From contig CAVSPA010000004.1 of NCBI GenBank assembly GCA_963729715.1, forward strand, positions 576,001 through 640,000: a stretch of 64,000 bases of DNA, given 5' to 3'. Each line of letters starts with the position of its first letter. Position 1 is the first letter of the stretch. Below are positions 31,718 through 42,463 of the stretch, one piece after another. This DNA is from an uncultured delta proteobacterium (GTDB lineage Bacteria; Desulfobacterota; Syntrophia; Syntrophales; UBA2185). The position numbers and the translations under genes were made by a program. The notes below the pieces were generated by a model. That model was given only the letters and a program-made list of their open reading frames with translations. It ran no database searches and had not been told where the DNA came from.

Positions 31718-32492
31718 CGCGTCCGACCATAATTCCCGTCATCATCTTCCGTTTCGAAAGGTACTGATACAGGGTGACATCGGAAATAACCACCTTCTGT
31801 TCGACTTCCGATGCATGCAGGAGATGAATCGCGTTTCTTAAACGGAGCGCGAGACCGACGTGTACGACATCCAGTCCCTCAATGCCTGTGGTAAGTGCAA
31901 TCAAATCCCCGCTCTGAACCGTGTGCCGAGACTTTCCTAATGCAGCCTTCGGGATACGATGCAGCAATCGTCTGGACAGGCGCCTTTCAATCGCAACCAT
32001 ATCTCGATAAGATTTCTCTGAGTTCAAGGCGGGATAATCTCCCCTGTGCTTTGTCATAAAATTAAAATTCTTTCTGAATGGCTCCCCGCCAGACCTGCAG
32101 GTAACATCCAGAATAATCCCTTTTCTCTCGTTGTCGTAGAGCCAGTCGGAAAAGTAATGCAGGCGCGTGGAGTATCCCTTTAATACGTTACTGCGGTAAC
32201 GGATTTTCTTCAGCTGCGCGGCATAGCTCTTGAAATGCGTCCTGCCTTTGCTTAACAGCCGCGCCAGGACCACGCAATTTTCCACAAAGGTAAAGCAGTC
32301 AAATTCCCTCAAATTTATAACGAGAGTCTCCCTCCCTTCCCTCTCCAGCGTATGACTCACATAGGGAGAACCCAGAAAATATTTTCCCACGACCAGCATC
32401 ATTTCACCGATGGGTCTCGTTCTTTCCCCCTGCTCCTGAAAGGAGCTAACAAGATCATCGTAGATGGCGCGGTCTTCCGGCCGATAAATCAT
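31680..32492 (-). CDS. DUF1460 / NlpC-P60-like N-acetylmuramoyl-L-alanine amidase, no signal peptide
   Basis: FLGSPY, FDCFTFVE (Cys), RLHYFSDW, GLDVVHVG, HLLHAS. Confidence 0.85.
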   Translation of the reverse strand: MIYRPEDRAIYDDLVSSFQEQGERTRPIGEMMLVVGKYFLGSPYVSHTLEREGRETLVINLREFDCFTFVENCVVLARLLSKGRTHFKSYAAQLKKIRYRSNVLKGYSTRLHYFSDWLYDNERKGIILDVTCRSGGEPFRKNFNFMTKHRGDYPALNSEKSYRDMVAIERRLSRRLLHRIPKAALGKSRHTVQSGDLIALTTGIEGLDVVHVGLALRLRNAIHLLHASEVEQKVVISDVTLYQYLSKRKMMTGIMVGRVIPICQNDGSPS

Positions 32493-32549
32493 AATTGGAC
32501 CTCTAAGCCGCCGAATTGAAGCTCTCAGCAGCAAACGGTGGAAAATGCG

Positions 32550-33422
32550 TCAACTTCCGAATTCAAGTGAAGCATAGGATCCATCTCCGGGAATTACCAA
32601 AGACACGAACTTCTTGTCATCATAGGTGGAACCCGGGTTGATTGATGTCAGAGATCCTTTTCGCACAACTTTCTGGTCGTGCGTGTGGCCGCATATATGG
32701 TACCTGACCTTTGGATGATTGTATAGCATCTCCCCGAGTCCTTTGCTTCCCATGAAGGCATTACAGAAATTCCACCCGGGAAACTCTTCCCTCATGGTCA
32801 GCATTTCGATAAATCCGATGTGATGGGTGACGGCAACGATCTGGTCTGCCTTGGCTTCCAGTTTCTGTATATCCGCTTCCAGTTTTCCCTGGAGTTCATC
32901 GGTATATTCCAAATCCGTCTTGTCGAGCCTCACGAAATGGACGTCATTCCAGATGATGTGGCCGCCGAATATCTTCTTCTCGTATGATGACCGTGGAGGC
33001 AGCAGAGCAGGGGAAAAGGAATAATCATACCACAGGCAATTTCCCGCAAAGCCGATGCCGCCTGTGATTACGGGTTCTTCATCCAAGAGCTTGAATCCGC
33101 AACTTTTGACTCTTGATTTCAGTATTTCCAGATTACTGAGAGTATCCCCTTCCGTGCTCCAATAATCATGGTTGCCGAACACCTTGAGCCTGACGGGCGC
33201 CACGCCTCTGAAGAAATTCAAACATTCCTCCAGCTTCGAGGAACCAAGTCCCACAGTATCACCCGCAAGTACAAGCACGTCAGGCTTTTCCCTCTCCAGG
33301 CTTCTTATAAAATTGAGGAATTTGTCATGCTCCGCCGGGCTTCGTATCAGATCATAATGGATATCGCCGGTTGCTGCAATTTTCATAGTTTTAGAAATAT
33401 TACTCATCGGCTCATGTGCCAT
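32550..33422 (-). CDS. Calcineurin-like metallophosphoesterase
   Basis: DIH, AGD, GNHD, THH, GHTH motifs. Confidence 0.9.
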   Translation of the reverse strand: MAHEPMSNISKTMKIAATGDIHYDLIRSPAEHDKFLNFIRSLEREKPDVLVLAGDTVGLGSSKLEECLNFFRGVAPVRLKVFGNHDYWSTEGDTLSNLEILKSRVKSCGFKLLDEEPVITGGIGFAGNCLWYDYSFSPALLPPRSSYEKKIFGGHIIWNDVHFVRLDKTDLEYTDELQGKLEADIQKLEAKADQIVAVTHHIGFIEMLTMREEFPGWNFCNAFMGSKGLGEMLYNHPKVRYHICGHTHDQKVVRKGSLTSINPGSTYDDKKFVSLVIPGDGSYASLEFGS

Positions 33423-33591
33423 CTTAAATTCCTGTCTGAAAAATAGCACATCTTGCAGTGGAATTAAATCTTAATTAACTGTTTAGTGAAGGAATAGCAT
33501 AATCGTAAACGGCAGCCTTTACCCGGAAAAACTAAACTCCATGAGAAGGACGGCATCTATCGTTGATTTTTGGGTTGTTATGCGTTAATAA

Positions 33592-34710
<1,119 letters not shown>

Positions 34711-34726
34711 CCAGCGTATTTATTTA

Positions 34727-35326
34727 ATGCCTATGCCTGCAAAGAAAAAAATACTGACATACTTTCTTGTTCTATTTCTGGCCATTTTCTTTGTCGCACT
34801 TTATTATGGCCCCCGGTATCTGACTTACGCCGATAAGCCTCTGAGGTCGGACGCTCTCGTACTCTTTGTGGGGCCGGATAACAAAGCCAGGCAGGAAGAC
34901 GCGAATCGTCTCATGAGTCAAGGTTATGCACGCTACCTCTTCATCCCCGCCTACGGAAGAATCACGGAAGCCTCGTCTTTGTCATCCACGGCTGGCTCAA
35001 AAAAAGCAAACCCAAATCTGATCATTTCCGGTCTAAAACCAAAGCCCTATTTTGAAAATACCCATGTCGAGGTACTCGAAGCAAAACGCATGATGGAGCA
35101 GTACGGCTTAAAGTCAGCCATCTTCGTCAGTTCACCTGATCACATGCGCCGTATAAAGATTATTGCAGAGAGAATCTTTCATGAGGAATCTGTGACAATT
35201 GTCTTTGTACCAATCCGGGTTGAACCGGCACATCAAGATTTGATGCTGTCCGATTACAGGCGCATGGGAAAAGAGTATATCAAGATCATCTGGTTTTTGA
35301 TGTACTCCTTATACCGGTCAACCTGA
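34727..35326 (+). CDS. YdcF/DUF218 family membrane-anchored protein
   Basis: N-terminal TM, ENT..E, VSSPDHMRR, KEYIK. Confidence 0.8.
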   Translation: MPMPAKKKILTYFLVLFLAIFFVALYYGPRYLTYADKPLRSDALVLFVGPDNKARQEDANRLMSQGYARYLFIPAYGRITEASSLSSTAGSKKANPNLIISGLKPKPYFENTHVEVLEAKRMMEQYGLKSAIFVSSPDHMRRIKIIAERIFHEESVTIVFVPIRVEPAHQDLMLSDYRRMGKEYIKIIWFLMYSLYRST

Positions 35327-35401
35327 CATCTTGAATAATCATTTGCGAAAAACGTGAGATTTCAACTGTCGATCGTTCTGCGTCTAAACGAGTCACGTAA
35401 C

Positions 35402-35545
35402 ATGAATAATTACATTGACGGAAAAGAAGTAACCCGCAGAACCTTCCTCAAAGAAGCTGCCGCAGAACTCGGCACGATCGGGATGGCAGGATTTACGGCG
35501 GAAGCAAAGACGACAAACCTGCGCATCTCAGCCATCAATTCTTAA
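35402..35545 (+). pseudogene. Tat signal-peptide-only ORF (remnant of an exported protein)
   Basis: MNNYIDGKEV-TRRTFLK..AEA then stop after 12 more residues. Confidence 0.5.
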
Positions 35546-35730
35546 CCTTGCTCGTGGATCGGAAGCGGCGCGCACCAGGCGTGACGCACAAACCCTCATA
35601 GCAAAGCCTTTCGATCGCCTACCCTTTAGCTTCCTCCGATTAGTCGTGAGCATGCGCGGCGCCACTTCTGCTACGGGCAGCAAAATCAGCCGATGGTCAA
35701 CCTTGGGATAGATGGTTATGTAAAATGATC

Positions 35731-35777
35731 TTTACAATTGACAGGGATGGAGTTATAAATCCGTTGATATGACAACG
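35731..35777 (+). promoter_or_regulatory. Promoter and putative MarR operator of efflux operon
   Basis: TTTACA-N17-TATAAA followed by inverted repeat CGTTG-N6-CAACG (35762-35777). Confidence 0.55.
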
Positions 35778-35828
35778 TTTTTAGTGTAGTAATACCCCGT
35801 TCTCAGGAATTAGATAATTTCAGGTGCA

Positions 35829-36281
35829 ATGGAAATAAAGCTTTTTCCCATCAATGAATCGCTTCTTTTCTGGCTGTATCGCGCACGCATTCAGAGTCTT
35901 GCCGTAATGCGGCGGGCTTTTCAGGCTGCGGGATATGACGTGACGCCCGAACAGTGGGGCGTCCTTGTCCGGGTGGGAAAGCATGAGGGCATGAGCCAGA
36001 GCCAGCTCGGTAAAGACACCTTAAAAGATCGCCACAACATCACACGAATCGTGAACCATCTTGAGAAGCGAGGATATATTGAGCGTTGTCCTGACAATAT
36101 TGACAAACGTGCATATCGCCTTTTTCTTACGAAATCAGGGAGAATAATCCAGAAGAAGCTGACGCCAGTCGTCCTCAACCACTTGCAAGAGATGTTCAAT
36201 GGTCTAAGCTCCGAGGACCTCCGGACGTTGCTCAGGATATTCAAACGCACAGTGAACAATCTCGAAAAAAAGCTGAAATAA
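35829..36281 (+). CDS. MarR family transcriptional regulator
   Basis: TPEQWGVL..SQSQL..ITRIVNHLEKRGYIER..DKR..LT..G. Confidence 0.92.
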   Translation: MEIKLFPINESLLFWLYRARIQSLAVMRRAFQAAGYDVTPEQWGVLVRVGKHEGMSQSQLGKDTLKDRHNITRIVNHLEKRGYIERCPDNIDKRAYRLFLTKSGRIIQKKLTPVVLNHLQEMFNGLSSEDLRTLLRIFKRTVNNLEKKLK

Positions 36282-36329
36282 GGGGCAAACACACCTCACT
36301 GGGTGAAACTGACACGGGGTAGGACACAT

Positions 36330-37376
36330 ATGAGGAAATGGGCATTAAGAGGGTCGGTAATATTGGTAATCCTGGCAGGTTGTATCTATTCTGCCATTCT
36401 CCTCGTCCATTCATTTTCACATGAAAGTACGGATGATGCATATGTAGCCGGCACAATCGTACCTATCGCGTCAGAGGTTAGAGGTAGAGTGGTAAAAGTC
36501 CATATAAACGACAATGAGCAAGTGGCGGCCGGTGCGTCTCTGCTTGAAATTTTTAGTGATGATTATGTTCACGCCGTTCAAGATAGAAAGGAGGCTTTGT
36601 CAACATTGACAGCGGAAAACTGCGAAATACAAGCGTCCATAGAGGGGAAAAAGAAAGCTCTCGTTCAGGCGCAAGCCAATTTGAGCGCTGCTATCGCCGA
36701 GGAAAATCTGGCTGCCAAAGAGGCGAAACGTTACGACAAACTGCACAGTCAGGAGGTGGTTTCATCCAGCCATTATGACCGCGTCAAATCTGTTTGGGAG
36801 GTAGCTCACGCCAGAAAGGAGGCTGCGACAGCCGCCGTCATTGAAGCAGAGGCGGCAGTCAAAACCCTGCAGGCGAAGTTAGCAACTCAGGAATTTAGGA
36901 TCAAAGAGACAGAGGTGTCACGAAATCAGGCCCAACTGGATCTGACAAGGACGGTCGTCGTGGCGCCTGTCTCCGGAAGAATTGCCATGAAGAACGTTGA
37001 CCCGGGAAAGTATGTGCAACCCGGACAGGCCCTTCTTTCTATTGTGCAGGAGGATACTTGGGTAATCGCCAATTTCAAGGAGACGCAGATAAAAAAAATG
37101 GCTATAGGCCAACCCGTCGATGTAAAAGTTGATGCTTACCCGGGAATAGTTTTCCGGGGACGTATAGACAGTCTGCAATCAGGGACTGGATCCGTCTTCA
37201 GTCTGCTTCCTGCGGAGAATGCAACAGGAAATTTCGTCAAAGTGGTTCAGAGAATTCCGGTCAAGATCGTTATGGAATCACCGCTCGACCCCGTTCATCC
37301 TTTATTGCCCGGCATGTCCGTTGAACCTTCTGTGGATGTGAGCCGGCAAACGGGCCCCAAACTCGCTAACAAATAG
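36330..37376 (+). CDS. emrA: EmrA/HlyD family efflux periplasmic adaptor
   Basis: STDDAYV, ANFKETQ, FSLLPAENATGNFVKVVQRIPV. Confidence 0.92.
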   Translation: MRKWALRGSVILVILAGCIYSAILLVHSFSHESTDDAYVAGTIVPIASEVRGRVVKVHINDNEQVAAGASLLEIFSDDYVHAVQDRKEALSTLTAENCEIQASIEGKKKALVQAQANLSAAIAEENLAAKEAKRYDKLHSQEVVSSSHYDRVKSVWEVAHARKEAATAAVIEAEAAVKTLQAKLATQEFRIKETEVSRNQAQLDLTRTVVVAPVSGRIAMKNVDPGKYVQPGQALLSIVQEDTWVIANFKETQIKKMAIGQPVDVKVDAYPGIVFRGRIDSLQSGTGSVFSLLPAENATGNFVKVVQRIPVKIVMESPLDPVHPLLPGMSVEPSVDVSRQTGPKLANK

Positions 37377-37383
37377 AGGTCTC

Positions 37384-38937
37384 GTGGACGAAAGTCATAA
37401 GAGTTATAAATGGCTGGTTACGGTAACTGTGATAACAGGAGCAATAATGGGTGCTCTCGATATGAGCATCGTCAATGTTGCCCTGCCTCACATGCGAGGA
37501 AGCCTCGGGGCTTCTGTTGAAGAGATTACCTGGGTTTCAACAGGCTACATTCTCTCCAGCGTCATCATCATGCCCATTGTCGCCCTTCTAAGTTCCAGGT
37601 TCGGGCGCAAACGCTTCTATATCTTTTCCGTCATCCTGTTCACAGGCGCTTCCATGCTTTGTGGAATTGCCTGGGATCTTCCGTCAATGGTCATCTTCCG
37701 TATTCTTCAGGGCATAGGCGGCGGCACCCTTATACCGGTCGCACAGGCAATACTTAGAGAAACATTTCCTCCCGAGGAACAGGCAATGGCTATGGGTATC
37801 TATGGCCTCGGCGTTATTCTCGGTCCCGCGTTTGGCCCGACTCTCGGAGGATGGCTTACCGACAATTATTCCTGGCCATGGATCTTTTATATCAATATTC
37901 CCGTCGGCATCATCAACACCCTCCTGGTGATGCGATACATACAGGACCCGCCATACCTCGTCCGGGAAAGAGGGAAACTTGATTTTGCAGGCCTTCTATT
38001 TATGGCGATTGGCCTGGGAACGCTGCAAATCCTACTCGAAAAAGGCGACCAGAAGGATTGGTTCTCATCTGATTTTATCACATATCTGGCAATTATTTCC
38101 TCCGCAGGTCTTCTGCTGTTTATATGGCGGGAATTGACCACGGACAGGCCGGCAGTTGATCTGCGAATCCTGAAGGATGTCAATTTTGCCTCGGCAACCT
38201 TCCTTGGCAGTGTGCTCGGCATAACCCTTTTTAGCAGCATCTTTATCCTACCGCTTTTCCTGCAGCAGCTTCTCAATTACCCTGCCCTAGACTCGGGGTT
38301 GGCGCTTATGCCGAGGAGCATAGCCATGGCTGTTGCAATGCCGGTCGGTGGGAAGCTTTACAACAGGGCGGGGCCAAGACTGTTAATCGGGGCGGGACTC
38401 TTTATGAATGTAGTTTCATTTTATCAGCTTTCTCGCCTCTCGCTAGCTGTGGGTTATTGGGATATATTCTTCCCTCAATTCCTGCAGGGAATCGGGTACG
38501 GATTCATATTTGTCGCGCTGACCACGGCGGCACTCTCTACCATTGAAAAGCCTCTTATGACTGCTGCTTCGGGCCTCTATAACGTCGTCCGGCAGATCTT
38601 CGGCAGCATAGGCATCGCTCTGGCCGCCACTTTGTTGACACGGGGAGAAAACTGGAACAGGGCGATCATTACGGAGCATGTGACCATCTTCCGGGACGTT
38701 ACCTCAGAATCACTTAACAGGCTTTCATCTTTTTTCTATTCTCAAGGCCTGGACCGGATTAGTGCAGGCAGAAGGGCGCTTAAGGTGTTGGATGGATTCA
38801 TCATGCAACAAGCCAGTATGCTTTCATTTAACCACATTTTTTTTCTGATGGCGGCGCTCTTTTTATTTTCAATACCTCTAGTCTTCCTCATTAAAGACAA
38901 ACAAAGGACCGTAAGCGCGGAGATCGTTACAGACTGA
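37384..38937 (+). CDS. emrB: DHA2 (EmrB/QacA) MFS efflux pump
   Basis: LDMSIVNVALP, RFGRKR, GPTLGGWL..WPWIFYINIP. Confidence 0.93.
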   Translation: MDESHKSYKWLVTVTVITGAIMGALDMSIVNVALPHMRGSLGASVEEITWVSTGYILSSVIIMPIVALLSSRFGRKRFYIFSVILFTGASMLCGIAWDLPSMVIFRILQGIGGGTLIPVAQAILRETFPPEEQAMAMGIYGLGVILGPAFGPTLGGWLTDNYSWPWIFYINIPVGIINTLLVMRYIQDPPYLVRERGKLDFAGLLFMAIGLGTLQILLEKGDQKDWFSSDFITYLAIISSAGLLLFIWRELTTDRPAVDLRILKDVNFASATFLGSVLGITLFSSIFILPLFLQQLLNYPALDSGLALMPRSIAMAVAMPVGGKLYNRAGPRLLIGAGLFMNVVSFYQLSRLSLAVGYWDIFFPQFLQGIGYGFIFVALTTAALSTIEKPLMTAASGLYNVVRQIFGSIGIALAATLLTRGENWNRAIITEHVTIFRDVTSESLNRLSSFFYSQGLDRISAGRRALKVLDGFIMQQASMLSFNHIFFLMAALFLFSIPLVFLIKDKQRTVSAEIVTD

Positions 38938-38945
38938 CGGATGAA

Positions 38946-39597
38946 ATGGAGATACGCATGGGAGAAAAACCGAATATCGCAATAACCATATCGCGGCAGA
39001 TGGGAAGCGGTGGATCTTATGTCGGCTATTTGGCGGCGAAAGAACTTGCGTTCAAGTATGTGGATAGGGAGATCCTGCAGCGGGCCGCCAAACATCTTGG
39101 TACAAGCACGGGAGCGCTGAAAGACCTTGATGAAAGATCCATGGGCCTCGTCATGAGTATAATCAGGGGGTTCTCTTTCGGCCTACTGGACGCCAACTAT
39201 GCACCTCCGATGATACGGCCGATTTATGACAAGGATTTGTTCATGTTAGAATGCAGGATAATGGATCAGATCGTCGATGAGCACAGCGCCGTTATCGCGG
39301 GCGGGGTGGATTTCATGCATTGAGAGAACGGCGGGGAATGATCCGCATTTTTATCCATGCCCCTAAAGAGTTCCGAGTCAATCGGGTAATGATGGTGCAT
39401 AATATAAAAAATGTGCGAGAGGCACGGGATGAGGTGGAAGAATCAGACCGTAGAAGGGCCAGTTTATACGGGACATGGTTAGCGTCCATTGGACAGACGC
39501 GCGAAATTATCACCTCTGCATAGACTCAAGCGCTGTAGATTTCCTTACGAGTGTAGAGATAATCATCCGGATGGTAGAAAAACAAAGAGCCACCTGA
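38946..39597 (+). pseudogene. Cytidylate kinase-like family protein with two frameshifts
   Basis: ITISRQMGSGG, then GRGGF..IFIHAP and FIRDM..W.DARNYHLCIDS in successive frames; breaks near 39302 and 39461. Confidence 0.82.
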
Positions 39598-39746
39598 AAA
39601 AAGAACAACAGCTTAACTTAAGGCTATTCCCGCGTTTTGGATGCAATTGGAAATCATTTATTGCTTAGCCTATCCGTGTAACATCTAACATGTGTATGCA
39701 ATGCTCTCAGAAAGAATGTGAAAATACACCTTGAAAAGGAGAAAAT

Positions 39747-41123
39747 ATGTGCAGGAAATACGTCATTCCCCTGTTTACTGCGGGGTTCTTATTGCTTGCC
39801 TGTATAAGCCCCGCTGCTCAGGAAACACTCTCCACAGGTCAGGAAAGGGACAACCCGGGTGCCGATGTTAAGAAAATGGAAGATTCGACAGCCGTCACAC
39901 TTGCTGAAGGACTGAAGACCGTAACTGCCGAAAGCCATGTCGTCAAGGTTGCAAGGCAGGATGAGGCCATCGCCGAAGCGGACTCACTTATTGCAAGAGC
40001 CAGGCTCCTTCCCAGCGTTAATGCATCAGGCTCGTACACATCCCTCGCAAACCAGCCTGCTGACGTGTATCTCGGGCAGGCGATCCCAGTCTCTGACCGG
40101 TACTATAAATCCTATGGCATAAACATTCAGCAGATCCTTTTCGACTTCCGGGGCAATCTCTCACGCTACGAAGCGAGCCGCATGCTCTTGGAAGCTCAAA
40201 AGTTGAACACTGCCAGTATCCGGAACGCCATGGCCCTCGAATTCACCATCGGGTTTTATGACTTCCTCGAATCGCAACGCTTGGTGAAGGTTGCGGCAAA
40301 AGAGGTCGAAAGTGTAGAGTCCCACCTCAAGAATGCACAAAACCTGTACGGCGCAGGCGTCATTACGAAGAACGACCTGCTCCAGGCCCAGGTCAGGCTC
40401 TCCGATGCCCGCCAGAGGCTCCTTTCCGCCAAGAATATACAATCTATACGTGCCTCACGACTGAATAAGCTTCTTCTGAGGCCTTTGTACTGGCAGGTCC
40501 ATGCCATTGAACAGCAACGGGAAATAGCGGCGCCCGGAGGTCTCAACCTTGACAAGGCCTGGCAGACGGCTCTTGCGGGACGACCTGAGATCCAGATTGT
40601 CGACAGGACACTGCAGTCCCTCGACCTCGAGAGTGTTGCGAAAAAATCGGAGTTTCTGCCAAAGCTCTTCGCAAGGGGTTCTTATGATTATATGGAGAAT
40701 TCCTACTCGGTTCATGACGACAACTGGTCATTAATCCTCGGTATCGACATTAACCTGTTCGAAGGCGGAAGCTCCCTCGCAGATCTCAAGAAGACGAAAT
40801 ATCGAAAGTCACGTCTTATCGAACAGAGAGCCAAGCTCGCAGATGAGATCAAGATCGAGGTTCAGAGGTACATTCTTGACCTGCAGGATGCATATGAGCG
40901 CATCCAGGTGACACGGGATGCCGCGAGCCAAGCTCAGGAGAATCTGCGCATCAACAAAGCGCGCTACGATGAGGGTGTAGGCACGGCAACGGAGGTACTT
41001 GATGCCGTTACCCTGCTGACGACGGCAGAGGCAAATTATATCCGGTCCGTTTACGACTACAGGAAGGCAGAGGCGGCTACCCATTATGCCGCGGGTGAAG
41101 ATTTGCTCCAGATTTACAACTGA
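39747..41123 (+). CDS. TolC family outer membrane efflux protein
   Basis: Signal peptide, two OEP repeats (LLPSVNASGSY; RYDEGVGT..EVLDA). Confidence 0.9.
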   Translation: MCRKYVIPLFTAGFLLLACISPAAQETLSTGQERDNPGADVKKMEDSTAVTLAEGLKTVTAESHVVKVARQDEAIAEADSLIARARLLPSVNASGSYTSLANQPADVYLGQAIPVSDRYYKSYGINIQQILFDFRGNLSRYEASRMLLEAQKLNTASIRNAMALEFTIGFYDFLESQRLVKVAAKEVESVESHLKNAQNLYGAGVITKNDLLQAQVRLSDARQRLLSAKNIQSIRASRLNKLLLRPLYWQVHAIEQQREIAAPGGLNLDKAWQTALAGRPEIQIVDRTLQSLDLESVAKKSEFLPKLFARGSYDYMENSYSVHDDNWSLILGIDINLFEGGSSLADLKKTKYRKSRLIEQRAKLADEIKIEVQRYILDLQDAYERIQVTRDAASQAQENLRINKARYDEGVGTATEVLDAVTLLTTAEANYIRSVYDYRKAEAATHYAAGEDLLQIYN

Positions 41124-41279
41124 CCTTCTTCTTCAAATTGACCTGAGGCATGAAGGCACATCTTTCGCTGCATGAAAAGTGACAGGCTGTTTCGGCGGGC
41201 CAAACGCTTGAAATGGGTTGCTGAAGTTCACACATCGCAAGCCCCACACAGAAATTGTCAGAGGTGTTTTTTGATTGGC

Positions 41280-42368
41280 TTATTTTTTTAGAATGGCCTC
41301 CCTGATTGCATCACCCATTTCGTGCGTTTTGTTTTTCCCGCCCATGTCAGCGGTCTTCACCTTTCCCAAGGTCAGGGTCTTCATCACGGCTTCTTGTATA
41401 TCAAGGGCTGCGCGTCCCTCTCCAAGATGATCCAGCATCATTCGCATCGATTCAATCGCTGCAATAGGATTCACTATGGCCTTTCCTGCATATTTCGGGG
41501 CTGAGCCGTGAATCGGTTCAAACATGGACGGATAGATTCTTTCCGGATTGATGTTGCCGCCGGCTGCAAACCCCATCCCTCCCTGAAGCATGGCTCCGAG
41601 GTCCGTGATGATATCACCAAAGAGATTAGAGGCCACGATCACATCGAAGCATTCGGGGTTCTTCACAAACCACATGGTTATAGCATCGACCAATGCCATG
41701 TCGGTCTTTACGTCCGGGTATTCTGCCGCCACTTTCTTATACACTGAATCCCAAAAGACCATCGAATAGTTGAGCGCATTGGATTTCGTGCAGTTGGTAA
41801 CCATGCCGACGGGGACCTTTTTGCCAAACTTTTTCCGCTTTCTGGCGAACTCAAAGGCATAGCGTATCGCCCTCTCACACCCTTTTTGTGTGAAGATACC
41901 GGTCTGAAGCGCAAAGGCATCAGGGGTACCGAGCTTGAAAAACCCCCCTGCCGCCGCATATTCTCCTTCCGTATTCTCGCGGATTACAACCATATCAATT
42001 GTTTCGGGTGTGGCAGTTCTCACCGGTGATTCAACCCCGGGATAAAGCTTGATCGGCCGCAGATTTATGTATTGATCGAAACCTTTTCGTATTGCGATGA
42101 GCAGAGTAAGCGATATGTGATCAGGAACGTTATTGGCATCACCGATACACCCCAAAAAAATTGCATCAAACTCCTTCAAGACCTCCAATGCATCCGCGGG
42201 CATCATGATGCCCTTCTTCAAATAATAGTCGCATCCCCAGTCAAAATTTACCACCTTCACTTTGAAACCAAATTTATCAGCAACAGTCTGTAGGGTCTTT
42301 ACGGCTTCTGCTGCGACCTCAATACCAACCCCATCCCCGGGGATGATTGCAACTCGATAGGACGACAT
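41280..42368 (-). CDS. Beta-decarboxylating dehydrogenase (tartrate/D-malate/3-isopropylmalate family)
   Basis: IPGDGVG.EV, FDQYINLRP, RENTEGEY, KSNA, SNLFGDIITD, PSMFEPIHGSAP. Confidence 0.88.
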   Translation of the reverse strand: MSSYRVAIIPGDGVGIEVAAEAVKTLQTVADKFGFKVKVVNFDWGCDYYLKKGIMMPADALEVLKEFDAIFLGCIGDANNVPDHISLTLLIAIRKGFDQYINLRPIKLYPGVESPVRTATPETIDMVVIRENTEGEYAAAGGFFKLGTPDAFALQTGIFTQKGCERAIRYAFEFARKRKKFGKKVPVGMVTNCTKSNALNYSMVFWDSVYKKVAAEYPDVKTDMALVDAITMWFVKNPECFDVIVASNLFGDIITDLGAMLQGGMGFAAGGNINPERIYPSMFEPIHGSAPKYAGKAIVNPIAAIESMRMMLDHLGEGRAALDIQEAVMKTLTLGKVKTADMGGKNKTHEMGDAIREAILKK

Positions 42369-42463
42369 ATGCTCCCCTTTCAATCTAAATTATTCCTTCT
42401 CTTCCCGTGCAGGTTCTATAATTTCATACGACCTTGAGATACTGTCTCTTTTCCCTATCAATA

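Noticed and set aside
39313..39330. TGA in the cytidylate-kinase-like gene as selenocysteine or readthrough
   Set aside because: Homology continues in a different frame, so it is a frameshift rather than an in-frame recoded stop
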